Below are positions 55,157 through 63,127 of a DNA stretch of 64,000 nt, one piece after another. The notes beneath the pieces were generated by a model that was not told where the DNA came from, did not search any database, and saw only the letters and a list, made by a program, of their open reading frames with translations. The position numbers were made by a program, and so were the translations under genes. Source of the DNA: Clostridia bacterium (GTDB lineage Bacteria; Bacillota; Clostridia; Oscillospirales; CAG-272). The stretch spans positions 83,311 to 147,310 of the forward strand of contig JAGATD010000033.1 of NCBI GenBank assembly GCA_017621415.1, written 5' to 3'. Every line of letters begins with the position of its first letter. Position 1 is the first letter of the stretch.

Positions 55157-56556
55157 TCTACTTCCTCCTCGTAAATTATTTTGTTAAGTGCACTGAGATA
55201 CGCCTGTATACCAGCGCCTACAATGTCGGTGGATATTCCTCTTCCGGAATACACCTTTGCGCCCGAGCGGAGCTTGACAATGGTCTGTCCCATAGCCTCG
55301 CGACCTTCGGTTACTGCCTGGAGCTGGAAGTCATCAAGCTCGTAGTGGCAGCCGGTGATTTTTTCAATAGCCTGGAATGCGGCATCGATAGAGCCGTCTC
55401 CGATATACACACCCTCGGTGGGCATGCCGTTTTTCAAGAGCTTGATATGAGCGGTGGCGGAAATGGTATTTCCGGATGTAATAACATAGGTGTCAAGCTT
55501 GTATGTAGGCGGAACCTGCATGGCAGATGACGCAACTATTGCATCAAGCTCCTTTAAGCCAACCTTTTCCTTTTTCTCTGCAATTTGCATGAATGCGTTA
55601 TATACCTTAACACTGTCCTCCTCAGAGAGGTCATAGCCAAGCCTCTGGACCGCAAGAGTCACTGCGGCTATGTCATCGTGAGAGGTAAGATAAATGTCGG
55701 ATTCCTCGCTTTGTGTGGCTGCGACTGCATTTTTCTTTCCGGGATGGCACATCCAGTTTATCTGGTCAATTATTCTGCTGAGCTGAGTTGTTTTAACCCC
55801 GCTGAATGCATCAAGAGTATCCGACTTTGCCGCAAGTATACGCGCAATATTCGCAACAGATGCCGCATCAATGGGATATGCCGCAGCTCTTATCTGCTCA
55901 GCTCCTGCGGATGCTGCGGCAATTGCGCAGGCATCTGCCATAGAAATCGCATCAGAGCAGCAAACACCGAGGCATACTTTTTTTAGCTCGGGAAGATTTT
56001 CATATTGGAGCTTAATGAATGCCGCAAATTCATCAGGAAGCATAGCGCTTGCCGTATCGCAAACTGTAACAGTTGTCGCTCCCGCATCAATTGCCGTTTT
56101 TAATGCCAATGTAAGGAAGGATTGCTCGCTCCTTGTTGCGTCGCCTGCAATAAATTCAACATCGGGGCAGAGAGATGCGCACTTTGCGACAGATGTTTTT
56201 ATAGCCTCTATCATCGCATCGGGCTTCTTGTGGAACAGATATTCAATCTGCACGGCGCTTGTAGGCGCAAACACCTGAAGCCTCGGCTTTTTAGCAGTCT
56301 TTAAAGCTGCCCATGTAGCCTCAATGCTTTCATTATTTAATTCTACGGGAACGGCAACGGCGCTGTCGGCAACGGCCGCTGCAATAGACTTTATACGAAG
56401 GGAGTCAATACGGGCGTTGCTTATTCCCTCAAGCTCAATCACGTCAACTCCGAGCTTGTCAAGCAGCTTCGAAAATTCTATCTTTTCTTTAAATGATAGG
56501 TTAAAGTTTTCGGATATCTGCTTCATTGTTGCATCGCTGATTTTGATTTGTTTCAT
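55153..56556 (-). CDS. 2-isopropylmalate-synthase-like protein with degenerate catalytic motifs but an intact LeuA C-terminal regulatory domain
   Basis: Collinear with LeuA (PRLQVFAPTS, DVEFIAGDATRSE, DAGATTV.VCDT; C-terminal Y.L....TSG......A.I.L..NG....GV..G.GSIDAAF.AI..I). TLRDGEQ is replaced by ATMKQIS and HxH(D/N)D by CCSDA. Start at ATG 56556 behind AAGGAG. Confidence 0.8.
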   Translation of the reverse strand: MKQIKISDATMKQISENFNLSFKEKIEFSKLLDKLGVDVIELEGISNARIDSLRIKSIAAAVADSAVAVPVELNNESIEATWAALKTAKKPRLQVFAPTSAVQIEYLFHKKPDAMIEAIKTSVAKCASLCPDVEFIAGDATRSEQSFLTLALKTAIDAGATTVTVCDTASAMLPDEFAAFIKLQYENLPELKKVCLGVCCSDAISMADACAIAAASAGAEQIRAAAYPIDAASVANIARILAAKSDTLDAFSGVKTTQLSRIIDQINWMCHPGKKNAVAATQSEESDIYLTSHDDIAAVTLAVQRLGYDLSEEDSVKVYNAFMQIAEKKEKVGLKELDAIVASSAMQVPPTYKLDTYVITSGNTISATAHIKLLKNGMPTEGVYIGDGSIDAAFQAIEKITGCHYELDDFQLQAVTEGREAMGQTIVKLRSGAKVYSGRGISTDIVGAGIQAYLSALNKIIYEEEVE

Positions 56557-56605
56557 AACTTTTTCTCCTTTCAATATAAAAACAAACGTCAGTAAAATAG
56601 CAATT

Positions 56606-56880
56606 CAAAAAAACAAAAATCCCTGAGGCTGCCAAACGCAGCTTCAGGGACGAAAATACATTTCGCGGTACCACCCTGATTATCCCCCAAAAAGGGAAAT
56701 CTCTCAACCTCAAACAAGGTATTGCCCTGTAACGGTGGCATCCGTGTCTCATTACTCGCGTATCGCTTTGACAAGACCGACTCGGGAAGAAGAATGCCCA
56801 ACCCATCCGTATCGGCTTACACCAACCGCCGACTCTCTGCAACATCCGAAAAGGGCAAGATTTCCGTCACTGTCTTTAAG
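56606..56880 (-). promoter_or_regulatory. T-box leader (tRNA-sensing riboswitch) with terminator/antiterminator
   Basis: On the - strand: K-turn GACAGUGACGGAA, AGAGAG box, distal GGUUGGUGUAAGCC, F-box CCGUUA, T-box AAUCAGGGUGGUACCGCG. Terminator CCCUGAAGCUGC-GUUU-GGCAGCCUCAGGG followed by AUUUUUGUUUUUUU. Confidence 0.9.
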
Positions 56881-56903
56881 TGAATGGCTATTCAATTATC
56901 TAT

Positions 56904-56932
56904 ATTTAATCACTAAACTGCCGTTTTGTCAA
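56904..56932 (-). promoter_or_regulatory. promoter for the - strand T-box operon
   Basis: On the - strand: TTGACA, 17 bp, TTAAAT. Confidence 0.5.
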
Positions 56933-57028
56933 GAGAAAATTTGAAAAAATGAACATATTTGTCATTTGTGTCAAAAAAGGATTTAAGCTTTCAGCATAAT
57001 TTTGGATATTTTAACAACAAAAAAATGT

Positions 57029-57057
57029 TTGACATTTGAAAAAAGATGTGGTACAAT
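57029..57057 (+). promoter_or_regulatory. promoter for the + strand T-box operon
   Basis: TTGACA (57029-57034), 17 bp, TGgTACAAT extended -10 (57052-57057). Confidence 0.6.
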
Positions 57058-57065
57058 AAACTCAT

Positions 57066-57316
57066 AAAAACTGTGACGAAGACGGTACGGTGAAAAAGTT
57101 CTCAGAGAATCGGCGGTTGGTGTGAGCCGATAGCTTGTAGCCTCAGTGCCTATCACTTCCGAGTTGGTGGTTCGAGCGATTATCGCCAGGGCTTACCCGT
57201 GCACCCGCGTTAAGGGATAGGGCTTGTTGGAGTCTGAAGCGGCGATCTATCGCAATTTGAGTGGTACCGCGGGTATATTTACTCGTCTCAAGAATTATTT
57301 CTTGAGATTTTTTTGT
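57066..57316 (+). promoter_or_regulatory. T-box leader (tRNA-sensing riboswitch) with terminator/antiterminator
   Basis: K-turn AACUGUGACGAAG, AGAGAA box, distal GGUUGGUGUGAGCC, F-box-like GCGUUAA, T-box AAUUUGAGUGGUACCGCG. Terminator UCUCAAG-(7 nt)-CUUGAGA followed by UUUUUUU. Confidence 0.9.
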
Positions 57317-57442
57317 TTTTATAGGACTTTTTAAGTCTGATTTATCCCTATTACTATTAAACTAGCGGTTTTGTGTTTCATTATAACTAATGAAATAATT
57401 CTATAATCCAAAAACCAAAAAAACGAACAGGAGGAAAAAGCT

Positions 57443-59710
57443 ATGACGAAACAAACCGAAACAAATCAACTTCAGAGGATAGCGCTTCGAATTCGCGAAA
57501 TGCGTCAGATTCTCGGTTTTACTACGGCGGAGATGGCAGAGAAAACAGATCTCACAGAAGAGACCTATCTCTCATACGAGTCGGGCACAGTTGATTTACC
57601 ATTTACATTTATGCACAAGTGTGCGAAGGTGTGCGGCATAGAGATTACCGATATTCTTGAGGGACACAGCGCAAAGCTGTCGGGATATACAATCACCCGC
57701 AAGGGCGAGGGACTCACTACTGCCAGCGAGGACGGCATCACCATTCAGGATATGGCGCCTCTCTTCCGTCAGAAGCTTGCAACCCCATATTGGGTTACAT
57801 ATAAATATTCCGAGGAGCTTCAGAGCCAGCCTATAAGCACGGTTACTCACGCAGGTCAGGAGTTTGACCTTGTATTAAAGGGTGCTATGCGTATCCGTGT
57901 TGGCGAGAAGGAAGAGGTTCTTCGCGAGGGCGACAGCATCTTCTATAAATCCTCAACACCCCACGGTATGATTGCTGTTGAGGGTGAGGATTGCGTATTC
58001 CTTGCAATGGTTATGGCAAGCGATACAACCGATACTCCTATGTATATCGGAAACGGTGACTACAAGGTGTCTGAGAGACCTCTTCTTTGTGAGAAGTTTG
58101 TTAAGCCTGTTGAGGACGAGAACGGAGTTCTTGTTGATATTAATTATGAGAATGAAGAAAAGTATAACTTTGCCTTTGATACAGTTGACGAAATAGCCCG
58201 TAAGTATCCCGATAAGCTGGCTATGCTCCATATTTCTAACGATATGACAGAGCGCCGCTTTACATTTAAGGATATGAAAGATGCCTCCTCACAGAGCGCA
58301 AACTACTTTAAGTCCCTGGGAATCAAGCGCGGCGACAGAGTTATGCTGGTGCTTAAGAGACATTACCAGTTCTGGTTTGCTATTCTCGGTCTTCATAAGC
58401 TTGGCGCTATTGCTATTCCCGCAACAAATCAGCTGGTAGAGCATGACTTTACCTATCGCTTCAAGGCGGCAGGAGTAAGCGCAATTCTCTGTACTGCAGA
58501 CGGTGATACCGCGCATCAGGCAGAGCTTGCAGAGGCAGCCAGCGGTCTTTCGCTTACCAAAATTATGGTTGGCGGAGAGAGAGAGGGCTGGCACAACTAC
58601 GACCGTGAGTTTGTTCTCTTCAGCCGTAGATATGTGCGTGAGGCTGATGCTCCCTGCGGAAGCGACCCTATGCTTATGCTGTTTACTTCGGGAACAACAG
58701 GCTATCCCAAGATGGCTATGCATTCATATAAGTATGCTCTCGGTCATTACGTAACCGCAAAATACTGGCACCTTTGCCGACCCGACGGATTACACTTTAC
58801 CATTTCCGAAACAGGATGGGGTAAGGCGCTTTGGGGTAAGCTTTACGGTCAATGGCTCTGCGAGGGCGCGGTATTTACCTACGACTTTGACAGATTTGAT
58901 TCGGCAAAGATTCTTCCTATGTTTGCCAAGTATAAAATCACCACATTCTGCGCGCCTCCCACAATGTACAGGATGCTTATCAAGCAGGATTTAAGTCAGT
59001 ATGACCTCTCCTCTATCCGCCACGCAACTACTGCGGGTGAGGCGCTTAACCCCGAGGTGTTCTATCAGTTTGAAAAGTCCACAGGGCTTCGTATCGCTGA
59101 GGGCTTCGGTCAGACCGAGATGACTCTCGGTATCGGAAACCTGCTTGGCACACAGCTTAAGCCCGGCGCTATGGGTAAGCCTATCCCCGGATATGGCATA
59201 GACCTTGTTGATACAGACGGAAATCCGGTTGCCGACGGTGTAAACGGTGAAATAGTTATCCGTACCGAGCCTAAAACCGCCTGCGGCGTATTCCTCGGTT
59301 ATTATCTCAACCAAGAGGCGACCGACAATGTATGGCATGACGGTATGTACCATACAGGCGACCTCGCTTGGCGCGATGAGGACGGATATTACTGGTATGT
59401 GGGACGCGCCGATGACGTTATCAAGTCTTCGGGCTACCGTATCGGTCCGTTCGAGATAGAGTCTACAATTATGGAGCTTCCTTATGTTCTTGAGTGCGGT
59501 GTTTGCGCAGCTCCCGACGAGGTTAGAGGTCAGGTTGTTAAGGCGTGCATCGTGCTTGTTAACGGAACAGAGGGCACAGAGGAGCTGAAAAAGGAAATTC
59601 AGAATTACGTAAAGCTTCATACAGCCCCCTACAAGTATCCCAGAATTGTAGAATTCCGCAAAGAACTGCCTAAAACAATAAGCGGTAAAATAATGAGAAA
59701 TAAGCTGTAA
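57443..59710 (+). CDS. fusion protein: XRE-type HTH + cupin domain (~190 aa) + medium-chain-type AMP-forming acyl-CoA synthetase
   Basis: HTH IREMRQILGFTTAEMAEKTDLTEETYLSYESG; cupin HAGQEFDLVLKG..R..VG......GDSIFY.S..PHGM. AMP-binding FTSGTTGYPK, GFGQTE, YHTGDLA, GRADDVIKSSGYRIGPFEIES and a C-terminal SGKI.R. Confidence 0.85.
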   Translation: MTKQTETNQLQRIALRIREMRQILGFTTAEMAEKTDLTEETYLSYESGTVDLPFTFMHKCAKVCGIEITDILEGHSAKLSGYTITRKGEGLTTASEDGITIQDMAPLFRQKLATPYWVTYKYSEELQSQPISTVTHAGQEFDLVLKGAMRIRVGEKEEVLREGDSIFYKSSTPHGMIAVEGEDCVFLAMVMASDTTDTPMYIGNGDYKVSERPLLCEKFVKPVEDENGVLVDINYENEEKYNFAFDTVDEIARKYPDKLAMLHISNDMTERRFTFKDMKDASSQSANYFKSLGIKRGDRVMLVLKRHYQFWFAILGLHKLGAIAIPATNQLVEHDFTYRFKAAGVSAILCTADGDTAHQAELAEAASGLSLTKIMVGGEREGWHNYDREFVLFSRRYVREADAPCGSDPMLMLFTSGTTGYPKMAMHSYKYALGHYVTAKYWHLCRPDGLHFTISETGWGKALWGKLYGQWLCEGAVFTYDFDRFDSAKILPMFAKYKITTFCAPPTMYRMLIKQDLSQYDLSSIRHATTAGEALNPEVFYQFEKSTGLRIAEGFGQTEMTLGIGNLLGTQLKPGAMGKPIPGYGIDLVDTDGNPVADGVNGEIVIRTEPKTACGVFLGYYLNQEATDNVWHDGMYHTGDLAWRDEDGYYWYVGRADDVIKSSGYRIGPFEIESTIMELPYVLECGVCAAPDEVRGQVVKACIVLVNGTEGTEELKKEIQNYVKLHTAPYKYPRIVEFRKELPKTISGKIMRNKL

Positions 59711-59757
59711 TTTTCAGCATAATTTATTGAACCAAAAGTGAAATTTATCAAAAAGTA

Positions 59758-59787
59758 TTGACAAGACCCGACAAGGTTATGTATAAT
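59758..59787 (+). promoter_or_regulatory. near-consensus sigma-A promoter in front of the second synthetase paralogue
   Basis: TTGACA (59758-59763), 18 bp, TATAAT (59782-59787). Confidence 0.6.
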
Positions 59788-59859
59788 ATAATTTGATAAA
59801 TTTTACTTTTAATAGATTTTTCTATCAAAAGACAGTAAACTTTGTAAAAGAGGTACGAT

Positions 59860-62145
59860 GTGGAACCGATTTTGAACGAAATGGAAAACAAAATAAAGCA
59901 AATAGCAAATCGTATAAAGGAGCTTCGTCTTATCACAGGTCTTTCTGTCCAGGAAATGGCTACTCGCACAGGTACTACTGTCGAGGAATACGAACAGTGC
60001 GAGGCAGGTAACCGCAACTTAAGCATTGCATTCCTTTATCACTGTACATTAAGCTTCGGCGTTGATATGGGAGATATCCTTGAGGGTAAAAGCCCCAAGC
60101 TCCGCTCGTATGCGCTTACACGCAAAGGCGACGGTCAGAAAATAGAGGAAGCTCATCATATGATAGGCTATAACCTTGCTTCCGGCTTCCGCAACCGTAT
60201 TGCATTGCCGCTTTATATGGAACTTGGATATCGCGAGGGCTCGGAAAATCAGCCTATTGATCTTGTAACTCACGAGGGTCAGGAATGTGATATCGTGATT
60301 AAGGGTCAAATGAAAATTCAGATTGGCGACCACTCTGAGATACTGAATCCCGGCGATTGTATTTATTATGACTCCGGCACACCCCACGGTATGATTGCCG
60401 TAAACGGCGAGGATTGTACATTCTATGCTATCGTGCTCCGCAACCAGGCGGCAAGAGAGGGTGAGCAGGTAGCTGAAATGTCGGCTGCCACCAAGCGCCT
60501 TGAGGAGGATTCAAAGCGCCGTGTATATCACGACTTTATTATTCCAACCGAAGAAAACGGTGTTCTTAAGAAGATTGAATTCAAGAATGAAGAGAAGTTC
60601 AACTTTGCCTTTGATGTTGTTGATGCTCTTGGCAGACGCAAGCCCGAGAAGCTTGCTATGCTTCACGTAAGCGAGGACGGAACTGAAAGGCGCTTTACAT
60701 TCCGCGATATGAAAAAGGAGTCGGCAAGAGCTGCCAACTACTTTAAATCTCTGGGTATCAAGCGCGGTGATAGGGTAATGCTTGTTTTGAAGCGCCACTA
60801 TCAGTTCTGGTTTGCTATTCTTGGTTTACATAAGCTTGGTGCGGTTGCTATTCCCGCACCCAACCAGCTTCTAGAAAAGGACTTTAAATACCGCTTTGAG
60901 GCAGGTAAGGTAAAGGCTATACTCTGCACCTCTGACGGTGAGGTTGCCGATGCGGTAGATAAGGCAGCTGCTCAATGCCCCGGACTTGAATACAAGATAA
61001 TTGTGGGTAAGGACAGAGAGGGCTGGCATAACTTCAATGAGGAGTATGCTATCTTCAGCAGCCATTATGCCCGCACAGAGGATGCGCCCTGCGGCAGCGA
61101 CCCGATGCTGATGTACTTTACCTCGGGAACCAGCGGCTATCCCAAAATTGCGGCTCATAACTATAAATATCCTCTCGGTCACTTTATAACCGCTAAGTAT
61201 TGGCACCAGGTTAATCCCGAGGGACTTCACTTCACAATTTCCGATACAGGCTGGGCAAAGGCTATGTGGGGTAAGCTTTACGGCCAGTGGCTCTGTGAGG
61301 CGGCAAACTTTGTTTACGACTTTGACAGATTTGATGCCGAGAAGATACTTCCTCAGTTTGCAAAGCATAAGATTACTACATTCTGCGCACCTCCCACAAT
61401 GTACAGAATGCTGATAAAGCAGGATCTTTCAAGGTTTGACCTCTCTTCAATAGAGCATGCATCGACTGCGGGCGAGGCGCTTAACCCTGAGGTATTCCGC
61501 CAGTTTGAAAAGCACACAGGTCTTAAGATTATGGAGGGCTTCGGCCAGTCCGAGAGTACACTTATTATCGGTAATCTTGCGGGCGGCAGCCACAAGATAG
61601 GCTCTATGGGTAAGCCTGTTCCTCTTTACGACGTTCATCTTCTTAACCCCGACGGTGAGGAGGTTCAGAGAGGTGAAAGCGGTGAGATATGCATAAATAT
61701 CTCGAACGGACTTCCTTGCGGTCTTGCATATGCATATGAGGCAAACGAGGAGGTTACCCGCGAGACCTGGCGTGAGGGATATTATCACACAGGCGACGTT
61801 GCTTGGATGGATGAGGACGGATTCCTCTGGTATGTCGGACGCGCTGATGACGTTATTAAGTCCTCGGGCTACAGAATAGGTCCGTTTGAGATTGAGAACG
61901 TAATTATGGAGCTTCCTTATGTTCTTGAGTGCGGCGTTTCTGCCGCTCCCGATGAAATAAGAGGCCAGGTAGTTAAGGCAAGCATAGTTCTCGTTAGTGG
62001 TACCGAGGGAACAGACGAGCTGAAAAAAGAAATTCAGAATTACGTTAAGTCCCGTACCGCGCCTTACAAGTACCCAAGAATTGTGGAATTCCGTGAGAGT
62101 CTTCCTAAGACCACCAGCGGAAAGATTATAAGAAAACAACTTTAA
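59860..62145 (+). CDS. second HTH-cupin::acyl-CoA synthetase fusion (tandem paralogue of 57443..59710)
   Basis: Same architecture with long identical stretches (ANYFKSLGIKRGDRVMLVLKRHYQFWFAILGLHKLGA; ITTFCAPPTMYRMLIKQDLS; GRADDVIKSSGYRIGPFEIE). GTG at 59860 behind AGAGGT; alternative ATG at 59881. Confidence 0.85.
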   Translation: MEPILNEMENKIKQIANRIKELRLITGLSVQEMATRTGTTVEEYEQCEAGNRNLSIAFLYHCTLSFGVDMGDILEGKSPKLRSYALTRKGDGQKIEEAHHMIGYNLASGFRNRIALPLYMELGYREGSENQPIDLVTHEGQECDIVIKGQMKIQIGDHSEILNPGDCIYYDSGTPHGMIAVNGEDCTFYAIVLRNQAAREGEQVAEMSAATKRLEEDSKRRVYHDFIIPTEENGVLKKIEFKNEEKFNFAFDVVDALGRRKPEKLAMLHVSEDGTERRFTFRDMKKESARAANYFKSLGIKRGDRVMLVLKRHYQFWFAILGLHKLGAVAIPAPNQLLEKDFKYRFEAGKVKAILCTSDGEVADAVDKAAAQCPGLEYKIIVGKDREGWHNFNEEYAIFSSHYARTEDAPCGSDPMLMYFTSGTSGYPKIAAHNYKYPLGHFITAKYWHQVNPEGLHFTISDTGWAKAMWGKLYGQWLCEAANFVYDFDRFDAEKILPQFAKHKITTFCAPPTMYRMLIKQDLSRFDLSSIEHASTAGEALNPEVFRQFEKHTGLKIMEGFGQSESTLIIGNLAGGSHKIGSMGKPVPLYDVHLLNPDGEEVQRGESGEICINISNGLPCGLAYAYEANEEVTRETWREGYYHTGDVAWMDEDGFLWYVGRADDVIKSSGYRIGPFEIENVIMELPYVLECGVSAAPDEIRGQVVKASIVLVSGTEGTDELKKEIQNYVKSRTAPYKYPRIVEFRESLPKTTSGKIIRKQL

Positions 62146-62195
62146 TACATAAAGCGCCGTCTGCCCGATATAGGGTAGACGGAAAGAGAAATACT

Positions 62196-62864
62196 ATGGA
62201 TTCTAAAAGATTAACTCTCTTTGCAGGGCACTATGGCAGCGGCAAAACCAACATTGCTGTAAACTATGCTTTACATCTTGCAGAGAAAGGGAAGAAAGTC
62301 TGTATTGCCGATCTGGATATTGTTAATCCGTATTTCAGAACGAAGGACAGCGAGAGGGAACTCAAGGAAGCCGGAATTGAGCTGGTTTCTCCAAAGTATG
62401 CTAACAGCAACGTGGACCTGCCTGCGCTGCCTGCCGAGAGCTACCGTCTTGTTCAGGATAAGTCTGTGTACGGTATAATGGATATCGGCGGCGATGACAG
62501 AGGCGCTTATGCGCTGGGTAGGTTTGCTGATTTTATAAAGGCAGAGGATGATTACCGTTTTGTCTTTGTGGTAAATTGCTTCCGGCCGCTTACCTCTACT
62601 GTTGATGACGCGATAGAAATCATGCGCGAAATTGAGAAGGCGGCGGGACTTGAGTTTACCTGTATAGTAAATAATTCCAATATTGGAAAAGAGACAACGA
62701 CAGAGCTGTTTTTGACAACGCTCGACTTTGTCCAAGACTTAAGCGAAAAAACAGGGCTTCCGATATGGATGCATACTGCGGAGCGCTCTGTTGCGGAGGG
62801 ACTTTCGGGTCTTACCGTTCTGCCTATGACGCTTCAAAAGAAATATTTTGACCTGCCCGACTGA
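62196..62864 (+). CDS. P-loop NTPase of the MinD/ParA/CooC-like (SIMIBI) type
   Basis: N-terminal Walker A GHYGSGKTNIA, DLDIVNPYF and MDIGGDD (Walker B-like); 222 aa. Confidence 0.7.
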   Translation: MDSKRLTLFAGHYGSGKTNIAVNYALHLAEKGKKVCIADLDIVNPYFRTKDSERELKEAGIELVSPKYANSNVDLPALPAESYRLVQDKSVYGIMDIGGDDRGAYALGRFADFIKAEDDYRFVFVVNCFRPLTSTVDDAIEIMREIEKAAGLEFTCIVNNSNIGKETTTELFLTTLDFVQDLSEKTGLPIWMHTAERSVAEGLSGLTVLPMTLQKKYFDLPD

Positions 62865-62905
62865 TAGCGGTTATATGGCAGGCTTGATTATAAGGAGGAA
62901 TATAA

Positions 62906-63112
62906 ATGGCAAAGGTAACTTTTAATACCGATATGTGTAAGGGCTGCGGTCTTTGTGTTGATGCGTGCCCTAAAAAATGTCTTGCGATTGCAGACGACAA
63001 GCTTAACCAAAAGGGCTACTCTCCCGCTTATATGAAAGAGCAGGAGAAGTGTATTGGATGCGCATTCTGTGCAACAATGTGCCCCGATTGTATAATTACT
63101 GTTGAAAAGTAA
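62906..63112 (+). CDS. 2x[4Fe-4S] ferredoxin-type delta subunit of a 2-oxoacid:ferredoxin oxidoreductase
   Basis: CKGCGLCVDACP and CIGCAFCATMCP motifs; 68 aa; immediately upstream of the alpha subunit. Confidence 0.85.
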   Translation: MAKVTFNTDMCKGCGLCVDACPKKCLAIADDKLNQKGYSPAYMKEQEKCIGCAFCATMCPDCIITVEK

Positions 63113-63127
63113 GGAAAGGAGACTGTT

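Noticed and set aside
56501-56845. 114-aa and 70-aa - strand ORFs (56501..56845, 56589..56801) and the + strand ORF 56735..56944
   Set aside because: They lie across the T-box leader RNA and its terminator. They have no RBS, and the conserved RNA motifs explain the sequence.
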